A stretch of 64,000 bases of DNA, taken from assembly GCA_965263035.1 (NCBI GenBank), contig OZ253580.1, forward strand, positions 896,001-960,000, written 5' to 3'. Under the pieces are notes generated by a model, which made no database searches, was not told the DNA's origin, and was given only the letters and a program-made list of their open reading frames with translations. Shown piece after piece: positions 9,561 to 18,300 of this stretch. Both the position numbers and the translations under genes were made by a program. This DNA comes from Acidobacteriota bacterium (lineage in GTDB: Bacteria; Acidobacteriota; UBA6911; RPQK01; JAJDTT01). The number at the start of each line of letters is the position of its first letter. The stretch's first letter is position 1.

Positions 9561-10799
9561 TCAGGATCCGGCTGCGACCGGCTCCCGGCCCCGGCGTGTC
9601 CGGTCGTCCCGCAGAGAGGCGATCCGGAGACGAAGCCCGTTGAGGCGGATGAACCCTTCCGCATCCGCCTGGCTGTAGACCTCGTCGGTCTCGAACGTGG
9701 CGTAGTCCGGATCGTAGAGGCTCAGGGGAGACCGGCGCCCCAACAGAGTGCAGTTTCCCTTGTAGAGCCGGACCTTGACCTCCCCGGTCACCCGCTGCTG
9801 GGATTCCCGTACCAGACCCAGCAGCATCTTCATCTCGGGCGAAAACCAGAACCCGTTGTAAATCAGGGTGGCCATGCGGCTAGAGAGCTCCCCCTTCAGG
9901 TGCGCCGCCTCCCGATCCAGCGTCAACGACTCAAGAGCCCGATGGGCCTTGTGAAGAACGGTCGCGCCCGGCGTCTCGTAGACTCCCCGGGACTTCATGC
10001 CCACCATGCGGTTCTCCACCAGGTCGACCCGTCCGATCCCATGGCCGCCCCCCAGCCGGTTCAACTCCTCCAGCATCCGGATCGGACCCAGTTCCCGGTC
10101 GTCAAGACGGACGGGAACTCCCCGGTGGAAGCCGATGATCAGGTCCTGGGGCATGTCGGGAGCTTCACCGACCGCCACGGTTCTCAGGAAGATGTCCTCG
10201 GGAGGCGCGCTCCACGGATCTTCCAGGATGCCTCCCTCGTATGAGGTGTGCATCAGGTTCTGGTCGATGCTGTACGGCTTCTCCTCCGTCGAAGTGATGG
10301 GGATTCCATTTTCCCGCGAATAGCGGATCAGGTCCCGCCGACCCCGAAACTCCCAGGTGCGCCATGGAGCCAGGATTCGGATACCTGGGGCCAGCGCCTG
10401 GTAGGTCAGCTCGAAGCGGACCTGGTCGTTGCCCTTGCCCGTGGCGCCGTGAGCGACGCAGTCGGCCCCCCATTCCTGGGCGACCCGAACCTGCTCTCGA
10501 GCGATCACGGGCCGGGCCAACGAGGTTCCCAACAGGTATTCTCCCTCGTAGACGGCGTGGGCTTGGACCGCCGGAAAGACGAACTCTTCGACGAAGGAGC
10601 GCCTCAGGTCCGAGACCACCACCTCGTCGGCCCCGGTTCGGCGCGCTTTCCCCTTGATCTCCTCCAGGTCCTCCCCCTGCCCCACGTCGGCCAGGAAAGC
10701 CAGAACCGGACATCCATACTTCGCCTTCAGCCAATGGAGCATGGCGGACGTATCCAATCCACCCGAATAGGCCAGGACGATCTTCTTTACCTCTTGCAC
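9561..10799 (-). CDS. argG: Argininosuccinate synthase
   Basis: VLAYSGGLDTS, YLLGTSLARP, HGATGKGNDQVRFE, ENRMVGMKSRGVYETPG. Start placed at GTG 10799 after GAAAGGG. Confidence 0.97.
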   Translation of the reverse strand: MQEVKKIVLAYSGGLDTSAMLHWLKAKYGCPVLAFLADVGQGEDLEEIKGKARRTGADEVVVSDLRRSFVEEFVFPAVQAHAVYEGEYLLGTSLARPVIAREQVRVAQEWGADCVAHGATGKGNDQVRFELTYQALAPGIRILAPWRTWEFRGRRDLIRYSRENGIPITSTEEKPYSIDQNLMHTSYEGGILEDPWSAPPEDIFLRTVAVGEAPDMPQDLIIGFHRGVPVRLDDRELGPIRMLEELNRLGGGHGIGRVDLVENRMVGMKSRGVYETPGATVLHKAHRALESLTLDREAAHLKGELSSRMATLIYNGFWFSPEMKMLLGLVRESQQRVTGEVKVRLYKGNCTLLGRRSPLSLYDPDYATFETDEVYSQADAEGFIRLNGLRLRIASLRDDRTRRGREPVAAGS

Positions 10800-10840
10800 C
10801 AGCTTGACCCTTTCTCTGTCTCGCTTCGTCTCCGGAGGCG

Positions 10841-11284
10841 TCACCGGTCTCGCCGCGAGCCGGGATCTCCACCCCGAGCTCCCAGCTCGCGCTTCACCTG
10901 ACAGGCGTCGTGGCCGTCGGCGACGACTGCCAGGAGGGTGTCCTCTCCCGCCACGGTGCCCAGAACCCCCGCCAGACCCATCTCGTCGATCCGGTAGGCG
11001 ACTGCCGGAGCCATCCCTGCCTCCGTACGCACCACGAGGAGATTGCCGCTGACCTCGCAACTCCAAAAGAGCGGAGCGCTTCGATTCTCCCGGAACGCAT
11101 ATTTATACCCACCCTCATCGTCCACGGTCTTGATCACGCCCAGTTCCTTCAGATCCCTGGAGAGCGTGGCCTGGGTGACACTCAAACCCTTGACTATTAA
11201 TGCCTTTCTCAAAGACTTCTGGCTGGAAACGGTTTCGGTTTCCAGGATTCGGACGATGGCATCCTGTCTCAGTTTTTTATTCAT
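10841..11284 (-). CDS. argR: Arginine repressor
   Basis: VTQATLSRDLKELG DNA-binding motif and GTVAGEDT; first gene of the arg operon. Confidence 0.92.
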   Translation of the reverse strand: MNKKLRQDAIVRILETETVSSQKSLRKALIVKGLSVTQATLSRDLKELGVIKTVDDEGGYKYAFRENRSAPLFWSCEVSGNLLVVRTEAGMAPAVAYRIDEMGLAGVLGTVAGEDTLLAVVADGHDACQVKRELGARGGDPGSRRDR

Positions 11285-11294
11285 TTCCAGGGAG

Positions 11295-11329
11295 AATGCA
11301 ATTTTATTCACAATTTCCCCCGGAGTCAA
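11295..11329 (-). promoter_or_regulatory. Sigma70 promoter overlapped by an ARG box
   Basis: Minus strand TTGACT (11329-11324), 17-bp spacer, TAAAAT (11306-11301). The 18-mer TGTGAATAAAATTGCATT (11312-11295) fits the ARG box pattern and covers the -10. Confidence 0.8.
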
Positions 11330-11365
11330 GGTGACGGGAGTGAGCAGCCGGGCGGTCGCCCGGAA

Positions 11366-12448
11366 TCAGGCGATTTTCTTGAAGGAACTGTAGACGGAGT
11401 TTCTCTGAGCGGGAACGAAGCCGGCGTCGAGGATCAACCGAATCAGGTCCGAGCGCCGAGCCGAGTAGTGGGCGCCGGCAGTGCTGATCACGTTCTCCTC
11501 GATCATGATGCTGCCCACGTCATTGGCGCCGAAGTGGAGCGCGATCTGGCCCACCTGCAGGCCCTGGGTCAACCAGGAGACCTGGAGGTTGAGGATGTTG
11601 TCCAGATATATCCGCGCAACCGCCAGCAGAGTGAGGTATTCCACCGCCGGAACCTCCCGCCGGATGGACTCCTGCATGGGGGTCCCGTCCAGCTGGACGT
11701 TCCATGGGATGAAGGCCACGAACCCTCCCGTCTCATCCTGGAGACTGCGGAGGGCTTCCAGATGTTCGATCCGCTCCTGGAGGGTTTCGCCACCTCCGAT
11801 CATCATGGTGGCGGTGGTGGGGAGGCCCTCTTCATGGCCGATGCGCATCACCTCCAACCACTGCCGGGCGGTACACTTTCCGGGACTGATATCCCGGCGC
11901 ATCCTCTCGGTCAGGATCTCGGCGCCGCCGCCGGGAATGGATCGGAGTCCCGCCGCCTTCAACCTCCGAATCGATTCCCGGAGGGAGAGCCGGCTGAGCC
12001 GGGCCAGGACGACGATCTCCGGTGGCGAAAAACAGTGAAGGTGGATGGCGGGGTAGCGCTCCCGTATGGAGCTGAGCAGTTCTTCGTAATAATCGATCTT
12101 GAGATCAGGATGCATGCCCCCCTGCATCAAGATCCCGGTCCCGCCCAGCGCCAGAGTCTCCTCGACCTTCCTGAAGATGGTCTCATTGGACAGGACATAG
12201 CCCTCGTCGTGACCGGGGCGCCGGTAGAAGTTGCAGAAGGTGCAACGGGCGACGCACACATTGGTGTAGTTGATGTTCCGGTCCACCAGGAAGGAGACCA
12301 CCCCGTCCGAATGGAGTCGGCGGCGCATCCAGTCGGCGGCCTGACCCAACTGCTGAAGCTCACCGGACTTCAATAGGAGGAGAGCGTCGGACGGCTCCAG
12401 CCGCTTTCCCCGATACACCCCGTCCAAGATGCTCTCAGGCGTCTTCAT
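11366..12448 (-). CDS. mqnC: Cyclic dehypoxanthinyl futalosine synthase (radical SAM)
   Basis: DRNINYTNVCVARCTFCNFYR (CxxxCxxC), LMQGGMHP, PGGGAEIL, AFIPW, FGANDVGSIMIEENV. Confidence 0.92.
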   Translation of the reverse strand: MKTPESILDGVYRGKRLEPSDALLLLKSGELQQLGQAADWMRRRLHSDGVVSFLVDRNINYTNVCVARCTFCNFYRRPGHDEGYVLSNETIFRKVEETLALGGTGILMQGGMHPDLKIDYYEELLSSIRERYPAIHLHCFSPPEIVVLARLSRLSLRESIRRLKAAGLRSIPGGGAEILTERMRRDISPGKCTARQWLEVMRIGHEEGLPTTATMMIGGGETLQERIEHLEALRSLQDETGGFVAFIPWNVQLDGTPMQESIRREVPAVEYLTLLAVARIYLDNILNLQVSWLTQGLQVGQIALHFGANDVGSIMIEENVISTAGAHYSARRSDLIRLILDAGFVPAQRNSVYSSFKKIA

Positions 12449-12639
12449 GACGAACGTATTTTAGCAGCCCGTTCCGAAACTCGCCGTGGCGCCCGACCGA
12501 CCCGCCCAGCGGCCGGAGAGCCATGTTTTCCCTATTTCCTCTTTACTCTTTCCCCATTCTCTCTCCGCCCTCTGCTACAATCGCGCGAATCGGCAATTTG
12601 CCCGGAAACCAGTTGGACGGTCCCACACAGGGCAACATC

Positions 12640-12837
12640 ATGATCTGGACACCTCTGGCTTATCTCGACCCTGGATCGGGGAGTCTTTTTCTTCAACTGC
12701 TGTTAGGGGGCATCGCGGGGGTGGCCGTCTTGGGTAAACTCCTCTGGCAGCGGATTATTGCGGCCTTCGGGATCCGGCCCGGTTCCCCGGACAGAAACGC
12801 CGCTTCCCTGCAGCAGACCGACCGGAAGAAGAAATAG
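12640..12837 (+). CDS. Small membrane protein with AYLDPGSGS motif
   Basis: 65 aa: AYLDPGSGSLFLQ, one hydrophobic helix, basic tail. Extended -10 TGCTACAAT at 12573-12581. Confidence 0.75.
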   Translation: MIWTPLAYLDPGSGSLFLQLLLGGIAGVAVLGKLLWQRIIAAFGIRPGSPDRNAASLQQTDRKKK

Positions 12838-12880
12838 CGGATCCCGACGCCTCCGGTCTGACGCTTGATGTTCCCTTCTC

Positions 12881-14281
12881 ATGTCTGAAGTTCGAAGCGA
12901 GCCGGGATCGTTCCGTGATCGTCATGGGCGCGTCTTCTACAAGGACGGCGCCGTCTACCGCGCCCTCAGCCGTCATTCCCTTACGGCTTGGCACACACTG
13001 GAGAAGACCCGGTTCTTTCCGCGATTGGTGGAGGAGGGTCTGATCGTCAAGACCGGTCTGGCGGACGCCGCCGCGTTGGCGTCCTCGGCAGCGCCGCCCG
13101 GAGACTGGGCGGGAATTTTGCGCCACGAGACCATCCCCTACGTCTCCTATCCCTACGAGTGGTCGTTCCCAATGCTGCAGGACGCCGCCCTGCTGCAACT
13201 GCGCCTCATTTCCGAGTCTCTGGCCGAAGGGATGATCCTCAAGGACGCCACCCCCTACAACGTTCAATGGAACGGGGTCCGGCCCGTCTTCATTGACATT
13301 CCGTCCTTTGAGCCGTGGCCCCCGGGCGGAGCCTGGACCGGATACCGGCAGTTCTGCAGCCTCTACTTGTACCCGCTGATGTTGCAGGCTTATCGAAATC
13401 TGCCGTTCCAACCGTGGCTGAGAGGAAGTCTGGACGGAATCTCTCCCCGGGAATGCCGCGACCTGCTTTCGAGCCGGGACCTGTTCCGCTCCGGAGTCCT
13501 GCTCCACGTCTGGCTCCAGAGCCGTTTCCAGGAAAAATACGGCGCCCGTCGGGAGAGCGCCAGCCAGCTTCTCAAGGACGCCGGGTTCAACCGGAAGGCG
13601 ATTCTCTCCAACGTCGGGCGTCTGACTCGGCTGGTCTCACGACTGAGATGGACGCCTTCCGCCTCCCAGTGGACCGGATACGCCGGGGACAACACCTATT
13701 CCGGGCTCGACCGGGAGGCCAAACGGGAATTCGTTCGCTGGGCGGTGGGTCGAAAGCGATGGAAGATGTCGTGGGACCTGGGGGCCAACACGGGTGACTA
13801 CTCGCGTCTGGCGGCCGCCGGCTCCGATACCGTCCTGGCCATGGATCGAGATTCGGCCTCGGTGGACCTCCTCTACCGGGACCTGCGCCGGGAGGGTCCC
13901 GCCAACATACTGCCACTGGTGGTCAACTTGGCCGACCCCTCACCGTCCCTGGGGTGGCGCTGCTTGGAACGAACCTCCCTGACCGAGCGCGGGTCCCCCG
14001 AGTTGGTCCTCTGCCTCGCTCTGATCCATCACATGGTCATCGACGCCAACATTCCCCTGGCCGAGTTCGTCCAATGGCTCTCGGGGCTGGGTTGCTCTCT
14101 GGTCATCGAATTCGTGCGGCGGGACGACCCCATGGTCAAGATGCTGCTGCGAAACAAGGAAGATCAGTACACCGACTACCGGATGGACTACTTCGAGGAG
14201 TGCCTGGGAAAATGCTTCCGAGTCCACCGGCGCCAGGAGCTTCCCTCCGGGTCCAGAGTCCTCTACTTCGCGGAGGCGTGA
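12881..14281 (+). CDS. NoeA-like SAM-dependent methyltransferase with kinase-like N-terminal half
   Basis: GSFRD, SYPYEW, LKDATPYNVQ, FIDIPSF in the N-terminal half; WDLGANTG SAM motif and LALIHH in the C-terminal half. Confidence 0.85.
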   Translation: MSEVRSEPGSFRDRHGRVFYKDGAVYRALSRHSLTAWHTLEKTRFFPRLVEEGLIVKTGLADAAALASSAAPPGDWAGILRHETIPYVSYPYEWSFPMLQDAALLQLRLISESLAEGMILKDATPYNVQWNGVRPVFIDIPSFEPWPPGGAWTGYRQFCSLYLYPLMLQAYRNLPFQPWLRGSLDGISPRECRDLLSSRDLFRSGVLLHVWLQSRFQEKYGARRESASQLLKDAGFNRKAILSNVGRLTRLVSRLRWTPSASQWTGYAGDNTYSGLDREAKREFVRWAVGRKRWKMSWDLGANTGDYSRLAAAGSDTVLAMDRDSASVDLLYRDLRREGPANILPLVVNLADPSPSLGWRCLERTSLTERGSPELVLCLALIHHMVIDANIPLAEFVQWLSGLGCSLVIEFVRRDDPMVKMLLRNKEDQYTDYRMDYFEECLGKCFRVHRRQELPSGSRVLYFAEA

Positions 14282-14309
14282 CCGGGAAGGGCGATGCCTT
14301 CCAACTCCA
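14165..14309 (+). repeat. Left copy of a 145-bp diverged direct repeat
   Basis: Aligns without gaps to 51288-51432 with 30 mismatches by hand count. Minus strand carries an ogt-like tail LELEGIALPGHASAK* ending at TAG 14265-14263. Confidence 0.9.
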
Positions 14310-14450
14310 GCAGCCGGTCGCTGCGCCTACCGGGCCTTCGCGTATGGCTGGTTCGCCCGGTTTCCGAACACACGACTGGCTTTCGAGTAGCGTGTGAAGG
14401 GAATAGAATGAGGTCAAATCGCCTGTTTCCTCACTGCTCAGGAGTATCCA

Positions 14451-16247
14451 ATGCCAAACCAGTGTCGATTGCCATCCGTCTCGATCCCGCTGACCATCCT
14501 CCTGCTCGCCGGCGCCGCGCTGGCGGCAGGCAATGCACTCCAGGGTGCAAAGGAACCCAGGTCCCAGCCCGAGTATCGCATCAGGACTCAAATCAACCTG
14601 AAGGTTCCCATGCGCGACGGTGTGAATCTGGCGGCCGATGTCTTTCGTCCTGACGCACCCGGAAAATTTCCGACACTGCTCCTGCGCAGCTATCACGGGA
14701 CGCAGGGGTATATGAAGATGGCCCTGTACTTCGCCCGAAGAGGCTATGCAGTGGTCATGGTGGACGTCCGAGGCCGCTACGATTCGGACGGAGAATTCGA
14801 ATTCTACGTGTACGAACCGGAGGACGGCTACGATACCCAGCAGTGGGTGGGGAAACAGAGCTGGTGCAATGGAAAAATCGGCACCTTCGGCCATTCCTAC
14901 AACGGCTTCACCCAGCTGATGCCGGCGCCATTGCAGAGTCCTCATGTCCTGTGCATGATCCCCAGCTCCTGCCAGCAGACCAATTTCGGACATATCTACA
15001 ACGATGGCGTGCTCCAGCTCAACGTCGTGATCACGGCCGGTCTCTTCGGTTCCGGAAGAGTGCTGCAGCCCACCATCGCCGGTGTCTACTCGGGAGATCC
15101 CTTTCTCGACTATGACGAGATCTATCGGCGATTGCCGTTGATTACGGCCCTGGATGACATTGTGGATTTACCCAACGTCAAGAAATGGATTGAGCATTCC
15201 ACCTATGACGAGTACTGGAAGGCGCACGGAATCAGGGACAAGTACCATCTCATCCAGGCCCCTGCCTATTTCGTCAACGGCTGGTACGGCAATCTCCTGC
15301 TCGAAGGCTGGAGAAACCTGAATGGGTTTCGCCAACACGGAGGATCTGCCGCCGCCCGGGAGGGAACCAAGATCATCGTCGGGCCCTGGACCCACGCGGT
15401 AAATCGCGTGGACCCGGACTGGCCCGTAGACTTCGGCGAGAACGCAACCTACGACAGTCTTGATTTTCATGTGCGCTGGTATGACTTCTGGCTCAAGGGG
15501 ATGGAAAACGGCATTGGGGAGCAGCCGCCCATCAAGATCTTCGTGATGGGAGCGAACCAGTGGCGCTTCGAGAATGAATGGCCTCTGGAGCGAACCCGAT
15601 TCACGCCGTTCTATCTGCACAGTGGCGGAAAGGCCAATTCGCTCCGCGGTGACGGATCTCTGACGACCGAAGAACCCGGCCTGAATCCTCCTGCGGACGG
15701 CTTTGGCTACGATCCGAAGAATCCCGTCCCCACCTTGGGCGGGCGGATCTCCACGAATCCCGAGCTCCAGGGCCCGCAGGATCGGCAAGCGATACAGGAG
15801 CGTCAGGATATTCTCGTCTACACCTCGGAACCCCTGGAGGAGGACCTGGAAGTCACCGGGCCAGTGGAGCTCAAATTGTATGCCGCGTCGAGTGCCGTGG
15901 ACACGGACTTCACCGCAGCCCTGACCGATGTCTACCCGGACGGTCGAGCCATCCTCATCTGTGAGGGAATCCGGAGAGCCAGCTTTCGGGAGTCACTGGA
16001 GCATCCGACTCCGATCGAACCTGGTAAGGTCTATGAATACGCCATCAGCCTGTGGGAGACCAGCAACGTCTTCAAGGCGGGTCACCGGATTCGCGTCGAG
16101 GTCTCGAGCAGTGACTTTCCCCGCTATGCCCGGAATCTGAACACAGGGAACCGGTCCGGGATGAGTGCCGAGATGTTGAAGGCCCGCCAGACCATCCATC
16201 ACAGCGGGCGGTATCCGTCCCGTCTGGTGCTGCCGGTTATTCCGTAA
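14451..16247 (+). CDS. CocE/NonD-family hydrolase, secreted
   Basis: VPMRDGVNLAAD, DVRGRYDSDG, GHSYNG nucleophile, GPWTH, SSSDFPRYARNLNTG. The usual GWYD reads GWYG. Confidence 0.9.
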   Translation: MPNQCRLPSVSIPLTILLLAGAALAAGNALQGAKEPRSQPEYRIRTQINLKVPMRDGVNLAADVFRPDAPGKFPTLLLRSYHGTQGYMKMALYFARRGYAVVMVDVRGRYDSDGEFEFYVYEPEDGYDTQQWVGKQSWCNGKIGTFGHSYNGFTQLMPAPLQSPHVLCMIPSSCQQTNFGHIYNDGVLQLNVVITAGLFGSGRVLQPTIAGVYSGDPFLDYDEIYRRLPLITALDDIVDLPNVKKWIEHSTYDEYWKAHGIRDKYHLIQAPAYFVNGWYGNLLLEGWRNLNGFRQHGGSAAAREGTKIIVGPWTHAVNRVDPDWPVDFGENATYDSLDFHVRWYDFWLKGMENGIGEQPPIKIFVMGANQWRFENEWPLERTRFTPFYLHSGGKANSLRGDGSLTTEEPGLNPPADGFGYDPKNPVPTLGGRISTNPELQGPQDRQAIQERQDILVYTSEPLEEDLEVTGPVELKLYAASSAVDTDFTAALTDVYPDGRAILICEGIRRASFRESLEHPTPIEPGKVYEYAISLWETSNVFKAGHRIRVEVSSSDFPRYARNLNTGNRSGMSAEMLKARQTIHHSGRYPSRLVLPVIP

Positions 16248-16304
16248 GGCCGGTCTCCTGCCGAGAGGCGGTGAATATCCGCGGCTTCCGCCTCTTTGGC
16301 TTGG

Positions 16305-16463
16305 CAGCCCGTGGCAAAAGTCGTCACGGCATTCGACTGTCCCTGCATCGTGCGCGGACTGCGTTGCTATCGGCTCACATACTCCCGGTATGCTCCCTCA
16401 TCGCGCCTTGTCCGGCGGGCGCAGGAACGGTCTCGGTGCTCGCGGGATTTTCACCACGGACTG
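16305..16463 (+). mobile_element. MITE copy 1 (159 bp)
   Basis: Ends CAGCCCGTGGCAAAAGTC ... TTTTCACCACGGACTG; flanks TTGG/TTAG; abuts the TAA of the symporter. Confidence 0.9.
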
Positions 16464-17906
16464 TTAGCGGACGGCAGGGCTGAAATGCGATTGCTCCCTG
16501 CCTTCCCAGCGGCTGCCCACCACCAGCACGACCAGTGAAACGAGCACCCCGACCAGGACCGGATCCATAAACCCCCAGACAAAGAAGCTGGTTCCTGCTT
16601 TGAGCTCCCGGGGACTTAGGATCTGACACAGGATGACAGCCACGCCGCTGATGGTCATGGACGCCAGCACTGTGCGGCCCTTTCTGCGCATGGACGGAAA
16701 CAGGAGGATCGCAATCAGGACAGGTGCAAGTGAGCCGCCGACAATACGGCCCCCGACCAGGAAAAGCTCCATGAGAAAGGGAATGTAGTAATAGGTGACG
16801 CAGGCCAAGACCGAGGTCAAGAGGATGCTGACGCGTGAGATCCAGAGCATCCTGCCGGAACCGGCATCCGGATCGATGAACCGCTGATAGATGTCGACCG
16901 TGACGTTGGATCCCATGGTGCTGATGGTTGAACTCAAGGTGGACATGTTGGCGCTCATGAGGGACACAAAGATGATGCTTCCAAGGACGGGGCCGGCCAC
17001 TTCGTTGGTCAGGTTGATAAAAACCTGATCGGCCTCCACCTCTTTCCCGAAGAAGGCGATCCCGGTCAATCCCAACAGGGCGGGAGTGATGTACCAGAAA
17101 ACACAGACGATCCCCCCGTAGATGAAACCGCGGCGCGCCGCTTCGCGACTGCGAGCGGAAAACGCTCTCTGGGCCAGAGTCTGGTAACCGCTGGCCAGAA
17201 AAAATGCCACTGAAAACCATCCCATGATCTCAAGAGCTTCGAAGTTTCCGGTCAGCGAAAAAAGGGTCGGATCGTCCACCTTCGCAAACACCCCACCAAG
17301 GCCACCGGCACCCTGAATTGAGAATATGAGCAGCAGGCCCGTACCCAGCACAATGATGAAGAACTGGATCGTGTCGGTGACAAGGACGGCCCACATTCCA
17401 CCGAGCGTGACATAGAGCACGGTCACGAAGTAGGTTAGAATCAGAGCCTGGAAAATGCTGATTCCGAGTGCGGTAGAGGCCACGAGTGCGGTCACTCCGA
17501 TGGTCCCTGCGGTAGCCGCGAAATCGCGTAGCATTGCCAGTATCAAGGCCACGACGCGATGAGTCGGACCGAAGAAACGTTCCAGGATCTGGGGGGTCGT
17601 GATGACCTGGAGTTTCCACATCCGGGGGACAAGATAGATCCCGGCCCAAAGGGTTCCAATTCCCACAGCGCCCATGTGCCAGTAGCCGCTCAAACCGAAG
17701 CTCTTCCCAAAGCCGGTCACCGTGATCAGGGTAACGCCGTTGATCCACGTGGCTGCCACCGAACACCCGATCAGAAAGGGTCCGACGCCCCGGCCGGCGA
17801 CGGTCATGTCTTCATAGGTCGTGACGCGCTTTCGGGCGCTCCAAACTCCAATACCGATGACCACGACGAGGTAGACGGCGACCAGGGGCCAGAGAATTTC
17901 GTTCAT
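16464..17906 (-). CDS. Sodium:solute symporter
   Basis: VAGR, SVAATW, LGGMWAVLVTDTIQF, QRAFSARS, SANMSTLSS; highly hydrophobic. ATG 17906 overlaps the upstream TGA. Confidence 0.92.
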   Translation of the reverse strand: MNEILWPLVAVYLVVVIGIGVWSARKRVTTYEDMTVAGRGVGPFLIGCSVAATWINGVTLITVTGFGKSFGLSGYWHMGAVGIGTLWAGIYLVPRMWKLQVITTPQILERFFGPTHRVVALILAMLRDFAATAGTIGVTALVASTALGISIFQALILTYFVTVLYVTLGGMWAVLVTDTIQFFIIVLGTGLLLIFSIQGAGGLGGVFAKVDDPTLFSLTGNFEALEIMGWFSVAFFLASGYQTLAQRAFSARSREAARRGFIYGGIVCVFWYITPALLGLTGIAFFGKEVEADQVFINLTNEVAGPVLGSIIFVSLMSANMSTLSSTISTMGSNVTVDIYQRFIDPDAGSGRMLWISRVSILLTSVLACVTYYYIPFLMELFLVGGRIVGGSLAPVLIAILLFPSMRRKGRTVLASMTISGVAVILCQILSPRELKAGTSFFVWGFMDPVLVGVLVSLVVLVVGSRWEGREQSHFSPAVR

Positions 17907-18067
17907 GGGGAGGAAAATCGAAAAAGTCCCACCCACAAGAGAAAGAAGAGACCGACCGTGAGGAAAATAACTACGAAACCGATCAGGGCGCTTTGCCAGG
18001 AGGGTTCATTCTGATCGAGTTGAGTCCAATCTTCGAAGGAGTGTTGGTCGTTTCCGGGATGGTCCAT
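17903..18067 (-). CDS. 54-aa membrane peptide coupled to the symporter
   Basis: MDHPGNDQHSFEDWTQLDQNEPSWQSALIGFVVIFLTVGLFFLLWVGLFRFSSP*: acidic N-terminus plus one helix; ATGA overlap with the symporter start. Confidence 0.65.
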   Translation of the reverse strand: MDHPGNDQHSFEDWTQLDQNEPSWQSALIGFVVIFLTVGLFFLLWVGLFRFSSP

Positions 18068-18159
18068 AGAGTGAGCTACATCATGGGTGTCAAATTCACT
18101 TTGAGATCTTCTCGCACTCCGCGGCCTGCACAGGAACCGTCGCGTCGGCAACGCTCAGT

Positions 18160-18300
18160 TGCCGCATCGACCGTCTCTCCGACAAGCTCGACCCCGATCC
18201 CGGGACCGTGGGCAGCGACACGAAACCGTTGACGACTCCGGGGAGGCCGTCCCTCATGATATCGTGTTCCGGCATCACCAGACAGCTCTTGCGAAACCAG
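18160..18300 (-). pseudogene. Frameshifted C-terminal relic of a mandelate racemase/enolase-superfamily gene
   Basis: HDIMRDGLPGVVNGFVSLPT in one frame continues as GPGIGVELVGE in another, matching the typical G..lP..PGlGvel ending. Confidence 0.5.

Noticed and set aside
8323-9678. Long antisense and alternate-frame ORFs over argH and other genes
   Set aside because: Shadow ORFs expected from high-GC codon bias; no motifs.
12526-12573. Pyrimidine-rich tract in the divergent mqnC promoter region
   Set aside because: No mirror symmetry or repeat unit; adequately explained as promoter-proximal sequence.
16271-16538. Recurring short ORFs (KSRHGIR.., VVTAFD.., HILPVCSL..) at six loci
   Set aside because: They are translations of the MITE in different frames with no consistent start or stop.
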